Shown: piece after piece, positions 24,201 through 34,483 of the stretch
Layout: every line of letters begins with the position of its first letter
Position numbering within the stretch: the first letter of the stretch is position 1
Assembly (NCBI GenBank): GCA_044892505.1
Contig: CM097884.1
Location: 62,001 to 126,000, forward strand
Direction: 5' to 3'
Origin: Schmidtea nova
Taxonomy: Eukaryota
Length of the DNA: 64,000 bases
Position numbers and translations under genes: made by a program
Notes under the pieces: generated by a model
The model's input: only the letters and a program-made list of their open reading frames with translations
Database searches by the model: none
What the model was told of the DNA's origin: nothing

Positions 24201-26203
24201 TCCGTAATTTGGTTAACAGTTTAAAGAGTTTTGGTTTCACTAAAATATTTTGTTTTATTGTTCCTCTCTAATGAATACTTCAATTTTGTATTCTTTCCCT
24301 TCCTATGTACTAAAACACATCTCAGCATGCTAGGTATTGTGCATGTAAATAGATTGGGATGAAGTTCCATTTTTATAATAATAATAATATCTGCATTAAA
24401 TAATTTTTATTATTTTATTTATTATTATTATTGTTCTTTTTATTATAATATTGTCATTTTTATTAGTATAAATTTTATTATTATTTATTATTCAAAAAAT
24501 TTTATTTGTATTGTATAAATACAATAGGGTGTTACTTTGGTTAGTGATCTATAAAAGTAAAATTTCAATATAGTTAGGTTCTGCGCGTTTCTTTATGATG
24601 ATATAAATGATATAAATGATCATTCTAAAATTATTAGATAAATTTTAAAAAAATTGAAAAACTAACAAAGAAAATGGGTTATATATACTTCTTTTTGGAC
24701 TAAATAATATCTATAATCTAACCTTTCCTTGAACTTTTATCATTGTTTCGCCACAACGATAACAAGATTCAACATCTTGTTTATTTATTATTTCATGTCT
24801 TAGAAAAAGGTAATTAAATTCGTTTCATGCGCAATTTCATTATAAAAATCTTTTGTTAATATCGTACATGTTTATTTAGACTAATTGAAAAAATTAGACT
24901 AAAAATTTGGGATCACTAACCAAAATATTAGGAATGTGATCGCATACCCAAATATGACCAAAAATAGATCAAAATTGTTTTTGTTTTTTTGAAGTACACA
25001 AATTGTTGGTACACCCTTTTTAAAGTATGTATAGAAAGTAAAAATAAAATAAAAAACAATTTTAATCTATAGTGTATAAATATACCAAAAAATGAAAATT
25101 TTTGAAAAAACGAGATCAATGTTAAAAAATTAGATTTAAATGATTTTTTTATTATTATTATTTTAATTGTTATAATAAAAACCTTTACTATTACTATTAT
25201 TATTATTATTATTAATTCACATATAACAATAATAATACTGTCATTATAAAACAATTTAAAAAAATGGTAATTTATTCAAATAAATATAAGAACACAATTT
25301 TTAAAATATATTTGTTTGAAAAAGGCGATGTAGTAATGGCATGAATGATGATGTTGATAATTATAATAATAAATATAATGAAATAAAAAAAATACTTTGA
25401 ATGAAGTTATAGTTTTACCGTTTTTAAGAATTTTTAAGAATTTTAGAAAATCTATTATAAAAAATATTGGAAATACTAATGTTAAAATTATTTCTTATTC
25501 TTAAAAAGTTCAATCTGCGACGCCATTGGGCCTATATTCTGAACTCGATTATCATTTTACTTGTATAATGGGTGTAATGCCACATACATAGGAGATACTG
25601 CTCCTCATTTCTGCATACGAGTTCAAGACCACGCCAGAAATAGCGGAAAGAGTAACATTATTGAGCATAATAAGACTTGCAAGAAAAGCATTGACATTTT
25701 CAATTTCAAAATACTTTCTAGGGTTTTAAAAATTATTACGAACATGTGAATTGTGAGGCTTTGATGATAAAATCATTTAATCCTAAAATAAACATATAAA
25801 AGCAATATTTACATGCACTTTGATAGTTTTAAATTAACTTATTAACTAGCGTTAATAAAAGTTTTATTGGATTGTGCACATCTGGTTACGTAATCACCAA
25901 TAAACGTATAAAAAGGATCAATTTTTATTTTATTTGTTTATAGTTTAATGATGACAGCTGAGCTATCGAAATATATTGCCAAATCGTATTTTAAAAAATG
26001 TTGTTTTATTTATTGTCATTATTATTATTACGAAATGAAAATTATAAATAAGTGAGTGAAATATAATAAATATAATTGTTCACATTTCCATCATCATCAA
26101 TCACAGTGATCTGATCCTTCACTATGTCCTTGATTCTAGAGCCAATCGGTACCAATTGTGAACTTTTGTTCGAAGATTTGTTCTCGATCCACACAAAATC
26201 ACC
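1..26203 (-). CDS. MYO7A: Myosin VIIA-type unconventional myosin, multi-exon, 3' part continues beyond window start
   Basis: Exons in correct order encode the N-terminus (GDFVW...VPIG...DDDGN), motor P-loop [43 protein letters not shown]/neck region, MyTH4 ([11 protein letters not shown]...[12 protein letters not shown]; CFAP...[13 protein letters not shown]) and FERM ([14 protein letters not shown]; [11 protein letters not shown]); GT-AG splice sites traced by eye. Confidence 0.94.
896..1620 (-). pseudogene. Degraded mariner transposase remnant in myosin intron
   Basis: Minus strand reads ...[17 protein letters not shown]... (WVPHEL-like) and FTDE (TGDE-like) with stops; mariner-like end ctatagggggtttcaaaaagtt near 896; limits approximate. 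Confidence 0.55.
2124..4788 (-). CDS. MYO7A: Myosin VII exons, coiled-coil and MyTH4 region (4788-~4657, ~4473-4216, 4168-gap, gap-3287, 2476-2124)
   Basis: [70 protein letters not shown]; N-gap 3573-4000 lies inside this coding region; boundaries near 4470-4660 uncertain. Confidence 0.87.
2569..2870 (-). pseudogene. Mariner transposase C-terminal remnant with one TIR-like end
   Basis: [39 protein letters not shown] matches the mariner C-terminal pattern; ta-cgtggtgcgcccaataagt at 2569. Confidence 0.6.
3573..4000. other. Assembly gap (N run) inside myosin coding region
   Basis: N run. Confidence 1.
5588..5681. repeat. (ATCTAT)n microsatellite grading into (CT)n
   Basis: Directly visible tandem hexamer. 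Confidence 0.95.
5682..6309. mobile_element. Degenerate hAT-like MITE
   Basis: Ends ctgggccggattt / aaatctggctct resemble CAGGGCCGGATTT-type hAT TIRs; gggcc subterminal motifs; TSD obscured by CT repeats. Confidence 0.45.
6665..7141 (+). pseudogene. Chimeric ORF: degenerate C2H2 zinc fingers fused in frame to an Hsp70 N-terminal fragment
   Basis: [25 protein letters not shown]...KLIHT, then [42 protein letters not shown] (cytosolic Hsp70 [42 protein letters not shown]). Confidence 0.8.
7352..7689. mobile_element. MITE/foldback-like element with 27-bp inverted ends and internal AAACATCGAC repeats
   Basis: atttgactgagttctaaaacatcgact (7352-7378) is the exact reverse complement of 7663-7689; a related partial copy continues at 7759-7779 and 9241-9423. 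Confidence 0.65.
7780..9240 (-). mobile_element. Internally deleted Tc1/IS630-like transposon
   Basis: TIR CAGGTTTATTCAT / ATGAATAAACCTG with TA TSD; HTH region (ORF 8614-8961) and catalytic C-half [10 protein letters not shown]...[12 protein letters not shown] with frameshift; first catalytic Asp region missing. Confidence 0.8.
9636..10690 (-). CDS. MYO7A: Myosin VII exons, end of motor and IQ motifs (10690-10304, 10255-10076, 10030-9812, 9743-9636)
   Basis: [42 protein letters not shown]-like IQKTWR/IQTYIR/VQRYCRG/IQSQIR; introns of 48, 45 and 68 nt. Confidence 0.92.
11759..14422 (+). mobile_element. hAT (Buster/SPIN, GTF2IRD2-like) transposon, transposase disrupted
   Basis: TIR CAGCCATGCACAACC vs GGTTGTGCATGACTG (14/15); perfect 8-bp TSD ATTTATAG (nnnTAnnn, Buster type); transposase 12405-14218 with [38 protein letters not shown]; internal stops and frameshifts. 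Confidence 0.93.
11789..12020. mobile_element. Non-autonomous piggyBac-like element nested in the hAT left end
   Basis: TTAA duplicated at 11785-11788 and 12021-12024; TIR CCCTTTCCTATC / GATAGGAAATGG (11/12); internal acidic coding remnant ([16 protein letters not shown]). Confidence 0.75.
14634..15702 (-). CDS. MYO7A: Myosin VII motor exons (15702-15472, 15421-14834, 14789-14634)
   Basis: [38 protein letters not shown]...[22 protein letters not shown]...FLEKNRD; introns of 50 and 44 nt. Confidence 0.93.
16080..17768 (+). mobile_element. pogo/Tigger-family transposon, pseudogenised
   Basis: TIR CCGTGTTTCTCCGAAAT vs ATTTCGGGGAAACACGG; TA TSD; CENP-B-like HTH (RKSYSVEYK; GAGRKP), DDE_1 core LVWDSASTH...LQSLD with D35D spacing; in-frame stops at ~16553, 16829, 16946. 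Confidence 0.9.
19134..19802 (+). mobile_element. Non-autonomous hAT deletion derivative
   Basis: TIR CAGGGTTACCATC vs GATGATATCCCTG; perfect 8-bp TSD TCGTTAAA; retains the hAT dimerisation remnant [18 protein letters not shown]. Confidence 0.85.
20775..21587 (-). CDS. MYO7A: Myosin VII motor exons including P-loop (21587-21441, 21392-21086, 21031-20775)
   Basis: [63 protein letters not shown]...ERNYHVFY; introns of 48 and 54 nt. Confidence 0.94.
22760..23090 (+). pseudogene. Mariner N-terminal (HTH) remnant interrupted by a hAT MITE
   Basis: [16 protein letters not shown]...[16 protein letters not shown] and FVPRFLTDQ (WVPHEL-like). Confidence 0.6.
23094..23631. mobile_element. Buster-type hAT MITE
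   Basis: Ends CAGAAGTGGGCA / TGCCCACCGTTG; 8-bp TSD TACTAGAG vs TACAAGAG (7/8). Confidence 0.65.
25520..26000 (+). pseudogene. Penelope-like element 3' fragment (GIY-YIG endonuclease remnant plus terminal repeat motif)
   Basis: [12 protein letters not shown]...RVQDH...[10 protein letters not shown]...FNFKIL resembles the Penelope GIY-YIG domain; GATGACAGCTGAGCT.TCGAAA motif near 25950, also near 14560 and reversed near 11700. Confidence 0.6.
26084..26203 (-). CDS. MYO7A: Myosin VII N-terminal SH3-like exon
   Basis: [25 protein letters not shown]...VIDDDGN resembles Myo7a GDHVW...VPIGAVVK...VVDDE; GT donor at 26083. Confidence 0.8.
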
Positions 26204-27708
26204 CTTCAATGCTATGATAATCTGCCATTTAGTCACAACGCAAATTGGCCTACCTTTTGTGGAACGACCATTAAATGTTGATAAGTCACGGACAATAGGA
26301 TAACGAATGAAGATTATTAAATGAATTAAAACTCTTCAAACATATTTATGAAGATTTCAATGAATTTGTAACTCAATTTAGATCTGTCGTTTACAATATT
26401 GAAAAAAATACTGAAAAAATAAATATGTTTAAAATTAAAATTCTAATTAAAAAAACGCTCTCAACTAGTAGATTATGATTACGCGAATAAACAAAAATCA
26501 AAGTTTATTATTCTTAACAAAATAGTTTTAACTTAATTTATATTTCAAAAATTATTTTACTTTTAAAAAATTATTCTGATTTTTCAATATAATTTTATTT
26601 ATGTAATGTGAAATTTATTCTAGTTTATGGTTTGTCTTTATATTTCAATATTTTATTGATGGCATTTCAGAACTTATGACTCAAATTTGGAATTGAGATA
26701 ATTATTTAATTACTACAAACCTTTTGTGTAAAATTGGGAGAATAAAAACTGTCAAATTGTAATTGAAAACAAAAATAGTATTGTTCAAGGAAAACTAGTG
26801 AATTTAATATCGCTAGAAACAATATGAAAATTCAAAATAACAACTTTCAGCTTAAACTGCAGTAAAAGAAATATAAATATAAAATTTTCTTTTGTCACAG
26901 ATTTTAATTAACGTTTTTTAGGAGATTTAAAATTGAAATAATAATTACTTTGAATATAATACAGGTAGGTTGCTAGGGGTTAAGAAAAATCATAAGGTTC
27001 CCAAAGTAATCACACAAATCATTTTAACCACTAGTTACTTGTCGCTTACTAACGTTGGTACTGTAGTTCAATAGGTGGATACCCGCAAAATATGAGCACT
27101 GACTGATTTAGAAATATAATTGATTGAGTATCTCGTGGGTTTAAGCGCTGTCGTTAGAAGATTTGTGTCCATTTTCATGTACCTTACTAATATACTCAAA
27201 TACAAAACTTAATATGTTTAACGTCTCTAAGAAGAACGAATCACAGATGAAACTCGGAGTTAAAAGTTATTTGTGGATAAATAAAAATCTCTACTATATT
27301 TTAAACCATTTTAAAATCTTTATCAACTCTATCATAAGCGTACTATGAGCAAAATATACCTGCTAACAAATTAAGTTAACGCTATAAATGTGCATCAACA
27401 TGAAAAATAAAACCTTTATGTTAATTGAGATATTTTTAAATGTCAATACAAAACAACCATTACAAATAATTACTAAAAATCACACAAAATTAAATATTAA
27501 TTATAAATAATCTAATCAAATTTAAATATATGTGGAAAATTCCAGTGTAAGAAAATATATATTATAGCAAAATTAATAAAATATACCAGTAAGATTCCAC
27601 AAGAAAATTACCATGGTTCAAAAAAAACTAAAAGTAAGTTTCACAATAATATTTGTCATTAATATAGAATATGAATTTTCAATTCTAACAACGTTAATAA
27701 GATTAGTG

Positions 27709-30700
27709 CAGTGGCGGATTAAACGGTGGGCGGACTGGGCGGCCGCCCGGGGCCCACGTACTTGAAGGGCCCCCTTACAGTCTATTTTAAAGGAAAACGT
27801 CACCCGACGCACGGCGGAATTCAAAACAATCAGCTTTGACTTAGCTTAAAAAAAGAAAAAAAAAGAAACGTGATTAAACGGGTTTTTAAATATTTAAATT
27901 TTATGAAATAATTTTATATGTGGTGCTGTAAAGCTTGTAATAAATAGTAATATTATATTTATTATTTTACTTAAAGTTTAAATGCAAAATAAATGAGAAT
28001 ATATTTACATGCAATCAGTCGATTACTTTACGTATTATGTAATTAACTTTTAAGGTAAAGGTAAATTTATTAGGAAATGTTAAATTTGTGTTCCAAAATA
28101 AATGTAATAATACATTTTTTTCTTTCATTTCTGTATGATTCTTTTTAAGTTCGTAAGTATCTGCTGAAATGTCCGTCGTTTTAAATCTCACTATTTAAAT
28201 AACTTGTGTATGAAAATGATAACTTGTACCTTAACTTCGATATATTACAGAAATGTATAGAAGTTTTGATAAATAATAAAGTATTCCCTTCCACTTTTAT
28301 TCCATATTATTTATGTTTCTATTTCTTATTATTTCTATTTGTGAATTATATTTTTTGTTTTTGTGAGAACGGATATTTCATTTTGTGATTTTAAATTAAA
28401 AATTTTGTTTTTCTTTAATCATTATAATTTTTTGAACAGTTTGTTTGTGTATTTAAGATGCTAATTAAATCAATATGTTCGTTAAAACTAAAATTATGTT
28501 TTTTCATTATAGGAACATTTTAATAGAATCGTACACAATGAAAAAGTACAAATCGGGGTCAGAGAAAAGAAAAGAAATTAAACGTAGAGAAGCAATTTGT
28601 AATGAACAGAAAGATTCATTGTTGAAATTTTTAACTCCTTCTATCGAAGACACATCAGAACCGTCTACGTCTATTACATTCAATAAAAATTCAGAAAATT
28701 TTGCATTATGGGAAAATCAAGAGTTTGAAGTAGATACCGTGTCGAAACAAAATTCGAAGAATACATCAAAAATTACAGGAGAGTAAAAAACTGAATCCGA
28801 TGGAATAAGAGAAGTGTTGAAGATATTTGATGCGGAAGCAGATCAGGTACATATTATGAAAGATATTGCACTCTGGCCAAAAGTTTTAACAGACGAAATG
28901 ATAAAATTTGTAATTCTTAATAAACCAAATAACATTGGCAAAATGGAAAATTTAAAAGATTTGTATATCGATGGTACACAAACATCTTACAGAGGTTTAC
29001 AAGAGGACCATTTTTACCGAAAAATTTCTGATGGGAAAAAAGAAATGAGAAATTGGCTCATTTTATCCGAAATTTCTAAATGCATATACTGCTATCTATG
29101 TAAAATATTCCCTAGGTCGACCTCTAAGTTAACCCAAGGTTCTAAGAATTGGAGGCATGTTACAGAAGCTTTATCAGGACACGAAGTTTCAAAGGAGCAT
29201 ATAACTTCTATGTGTTCATTATACAGGTGCTCTTCAACATTAAATCGAATTGATGCAAAAATAGTACAGCAAACACTAAAGGAACAAAATTATTGGAGAG
29301 ATGTCTTACGAAGGCTAATATCGACAATAAAATTAATTGCAAGTCTCGGTAAAGGATTTAGAGGACACGATGAAAGCCAGACTTCTAATAGAAAAGACAA
29401 TTATTTAACGTGCTTGGAATATCTAAGTGAGTATGACTAATTTTTAAAATTACATTTGGATACGTATGGTAATCGTGGACGAGGAAATGCCAACTATTTA
29501 TCTCATCATATATGCGATGAATTTATAAAAACTATTAGCGACTCTGTTTTGGCTCTTATAGTAGAGGAAATAAAAGCTGCAAATTTTTACAGCATTATTG
29601 TAGATTCGACACCGGATATTTCTCACGTTGATCAGCTGACTTTTATTTTCCGATATGTGCTGTCAACTGGAGTTATTAAAGAGAGATTCGTAGGTTACCT
29701 TCCCATTGAAAAGCATGACGCTGCATATTTAGAAGAACAAGTGTGTGCAAAGTTAAAAACTATGCAAATTGATATTAAACTTTGTAGAGGACAGTCATTC
29801 GATAATGCTGCAAATATGTCTGGGAGATACACAGGATTACAAAGTCGTATTAAAAAGCATAGCCTGACAGCCGTCTATATTCCTTGTTCCACACATTCGT
29901 TAAACCTTATTGGTAACTTTGCAGCAGAAAGTTGTAGTAGTGCAACTCGATATTTTGTATTCGTACAAAATTTATTCACCTTCTTTAATGCTTCCATCCA
30001 TCGATGGAATATTTTATGGAAAAAACTTCAAGATTGTGACAGAAAATTGTCAATAAAAAAGTTATCTGATACGAGATAGTCCGCAAGGGCGGACGCGTTT
30101 CTGGCCCTAAAATGTGGATATCATAAAATTAAGGAAGTACTGATTGATTTAAGTAATTCGACAAATGAAAAGAAATTAACAGTAATTGAAGCGGAATCTT
30201 TGCTAAAAAATATGAATAAATATGAAACTGTTTTGATGACGATTATTTGGAACAGGATTATGCAGAGAGTAAATGCTACTAGTAAATCCTTGCAATCAGC
30301 AGAGTAAACTGTGCTTCACGGTGTATCTATACTAAATTCACTAGAAACTTTAATAAACAATTCAGAAAAGAATTTGAAATTGTTGAAAAAGAAGCCAAAA
30401 ATTATACAAATAGTGAATTTGAAGAAAGAAGAATGAAAAAGCGAAAACTTTCATTTGATGAAAAACGCGATACCGATCACCTATTTACTGTAAGAGAAGA
30501 TTTCATATATAATACATTCTATACAATCTGTGATCACTTGTTAACAGAATTTTGCCGCAGAAAAAAAGCATATGAAGATATTTTGCAAAATTTCAAAATA
30601 TTTTTCGATCTTTCTCTGCCAGAAAATGGAAAAAAAGAATGTGTGAAAAACCTCAAAGAAACATACGAGAAGGATATCAATAAATATCAATTCGAAGATG

Positions 30701-31299
30701 AAGTTGAACAATTTCTCCTTTTCATAAAAGAAGGAAAAAAAGAATACTCGGCTGCTGATACATATAAAGTATGGTCAGATATGATTCAAACATTTCCTAA
30801 TATGGAAATTATTTTAAGAATATTTCAGACTTTACCTATATCAAATGCTTCGGCAGAATGATCTTTTTCATCTCTAAAGAGAATTAAAAATTATGTAAGA
30901 AACAAAATGAACGAGGACCGTTTAAATTCGATGACAATTCTGTATATTGAGTATGAGTTATTAAATAATATCAACTGCGATTTCATTATTGATAAATTTG
31001 CAAATGAAAAATCTCGAAAAAAAACATATTTGAACACGTTTTTTTCTAAGCTATGCGAAAAAGAATGTTTAAAGAAAAATTCAATTTAATTATAATAAAA
31101 AATAAATTTATACTGAAACCTTAAATCATAATTCTTATTATTTTCTTCCATAAATTGCCTTAATAAGTCATTTAAACAAATACTTAAAATGAAAAGCGCT
31201 ATGTATTTTGGTAAAGATATCAAATCAAATTAGTCTAATAATATAGGGCCCTTTTCAATTATACCGCACAGGGCCTCCAAACCAGTTAATCCGCCACAG
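27709..31299 (+). mobile_element. hAT transposon (ZMYM1/DUF4371-like), pseudogenised
   Basis: TIR CAGTGGCGGATT vs AATCCGCCACAG; 8-bp TSD GATTAGTG/GATTAGTA; TTF-type zinc finger (CIYCYLCKIF...H), FRGHDE, IIVDSTPDISHVDQL, GQSFDNAANMSG, CSTHSLNL, LSDTR*SAR, PISNASAE*SFS. Confidence 0.92.
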
Positions 31300-34200
31300 G
31301 ATTAGTAGACTCTAAAATCCTAAAAATTCAATTTTTTAAAATAAACTTGTTAGAGGCAAATAAATCGCATTCATTATTTTCCTTTTGAATTTGATTACTT
31401 GGCTTATAATTCCTAATTTTAGAGTCTCAAACAACTTCACAATCAAGTGATATGCTATTTAAACAAATATTTCTACTCGAGGCTATTTTTTAATTTCGAA
31501 ATAAGTATCTGTGAGAGAAGCAGGAAAAGATATATATTCGAGCAAAATTGAAAGAAAATTCAAAACTCGAAATCTAAATTAAATCAATAAAATCAAATAG
31601 TCTACAATATAAATAAATCACCCTAGCGTAAAGATCTTATCAGTGACCCTGATCAATTTCGAGTAGGTAGCGATCAGTAATAAATCATTATCGATTTTTT
31701 AACAAATATACTTTTGCAAGTCAGTTCTCTTTGCAAAATCTTATCTACCCTTGTAGGTTTTCATTTTCCGAGGTCACATAAATAAGTTTTGGAGTTAACT
31801 TTACTTCTACGAAACCCATATGGGTAAATGTTCACAATAGTTATTGTGATCATTTTAATACTTTAATGATTTGATACTTCGACCATTCATGACACCACTC
31901 CATTTGCAATTAAAAAATATTTGATATTTATCATGAACACAATTGATAGTTTAGATAGATTTTTTAATAACCTTTCGACAATTAATATCTCATAGTAAAA
32001 ATATTTTATTTTTCTCTCAGGTATATAAACTAGAATTTTGAATAAACAATGGAAAGTTAAAGCATTGCTGAGAAAGAAAGAGACCGAACATCAAAATGAG
32101 CACATATCACCTATCGATAGTCCTTGAACCCATAGAAATTTATCGATCAATTAATGTTCTGATAAGAGCGCTCATTTTTAAGAGTATTTCGCCCAATAGT
32201 TACATTGCCAAAACTATAAGTCATCGTGAGCTCACTTCTACCTACTGCTGGCTACATTATGCAATAATAAAATCTTCTTTGGAGTAAAAAAAATTGATTT
32301 CAACCTGTTTCTAAAGAAATACTTATAATAATGTACAGTTATACGGACTAACAATAATTTTTTATGCAATATTCTGTCTTGTGAGATAAAGAAGGTATTA
32401 AAACATTAACTCAAATTCTTTGAAGAATATCTATGGCCTTGAGTTGTATTAAGATTAAACCCAGTCTCGTCTAGATAGAATTGATTAAATAAATTAACAT
32501 TTATATCAATAATCGAAAATGTACTCCTAACTTATAATATTTGGAAATCAGCGACGACTGTAATTTCTTTACTTTTTTCCAAATTTAATTTTCTAAGGCT
32601 TTTTGATACATCAGATCACGAATTTGTAATATATTGGCTAACAAGTACTTCAGTTAATTCTTTTTGAGTAAAAAGAGGATCATCCTGAACTGAATTAGAA
32701 ATAATTTTCATAGTACACGAAAGCGCAATTAGTTACTTGCCTGATTTTTAAGGAATTGTATTTTATTTCAATCGTTTTCATCGCAAATATCAATTTTTCT
32801 AAAGCAACTATAAACAGTTTGTTCTGATAATTGAACAACTCTTGCTATCTCCTTTGCACTGTTTATATCCTCTAATATTTTTATATTTTTTTCTAATTTC
32901 TTTATGCCTACTGATGTTCATTTTTCGGAATTACATTGAAATAACTTCCGTTGAATCATTATTTGTCATGTTATGACATAAATTAATTTGATCCACAGAT
33001 ATTAGACATAATTGATTTTAGACAAAAATGTTTTTAGACATAAATGCTTTTAGACATAATTGATTTTCGACATAATTGTTTTTGAGTTTTAAAATTTCAA
33101 ACCGTTAAATATGCCGAGTGTAGCGAAAACCAGAGAAGGAAAGCTTATGCTTGTAGACGATGAATTTGAGTATCATTTAAACTCAAAAACACATCAAGCA
33201 ATAAAGCATACTGGTCATGTACGAAAAAAAGATGTTTGTAAAGCCAGGCTAGTAACAAATTTTGATGTTGAGCAAGAGATAATTGTTTTTAAATCCACGA
33301 ACCACGTGCACTTGGGAGATCCTTCAAGTAAACTTGTCAGATCACTGTCAAACACAATGAGGGGAAAGGCAAAGATGTTTCCAAATGTTGCACCATCTGC
33401 AATTATTAGAGAAGAGCTTCGAGAAGTAGGATATTCGGAAGTGATTTTAGATATACCTGAGACTTGTACGCTTATAAGAATGGCTAATAGAGCTCAAAAC
33501 TCTACAAGGCCTAAGTTACCTGTTTCTTTAGCGGAATGTAAAATTGCATTTTCTTATAATCAAACAATATCTGGAGACCTCTTTCTGAGATTTGACTCGG
33601 GTGCAACCGATCCCAATCGAATATTAATATTTTATTCTGACGTTGGCTTAAGTTCTTTGTCAAGAAACAGCCAAGTATTTGGAGATGGTACTTTTGATAC
33701 CGTTCCGTCTATATTTTTCAGCTTTATACAATACATGGAAACATTTTTGGCTTTAGCTTTCCATGTGCATATGTACTATGTTCTCGTAAGAATCAAACAA
33801 CATATGACTTAATTTACTCTCGTATTATAGATGCAGTGGCAAGCACAGGCGTGACATTTAATCCTGAAGTACTAATGATTGATTTTGAAATTGCCGCTAT
33901 CAATGCATTGAAAAATATGATTCCTAATACGCTTGTAAAAGGATATTTATTTCATTTAAACCAGTCATGTGGAGAAAAATTCAAGAAGTTGGTTTATCGG
34001 AGTAGTAGGAGGACATGAGGAGTCTGGATCCGTATGAGTTATCGCGCGTTTTTTGGCGACATTTTTAAAGTGTGTTTTGTTTAAATGTTTGGAATTTATT
34101 ATTATTTTTATTTTATTATTATTTTATTTATTTATTATTTTTAAATTATATTATTTTTTTTTTAATTAGTTATTTATTTTTTAAATATTATTAATTTACT

Positions 34201-34483
34201 TTTGTTAGTATAATTTATTATTGTTATTATAATTTTTGAAACACTTCAATGATAAACGTTATATGAAAGCACTACTCAAAATATTTTAAGAATATATCAC
34301 ATGGTGAAATACGATAAATATTAAACTAATTATTTATTATTATTATTATTAATATTACTATTATTTCTATGACGTAACCATAGTTTCTAAAAATTATTAC
34401 CCAAATTATAAAAACAGACTGAAACTAATCTGTACAATATATAACTAAATAATTAAAAAACAAAGTTTTTCAATAAATTTTAT

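Noticed and set aside
23554-25254. Low-complexity I/F/Y-rich ORFs (23554-23817, 24928-25254; similarly 28206, 50163, 53946)
   Set aside because: Chance frames in AT-rich non-coding DNA or MITEs
33994-34000. 7-bp TSD TTATCGG
   Set aside because: Formally possible, but it would remove the terminal T of the CT end; the 6-bp reading fits Polinton rules and terminal symmetry
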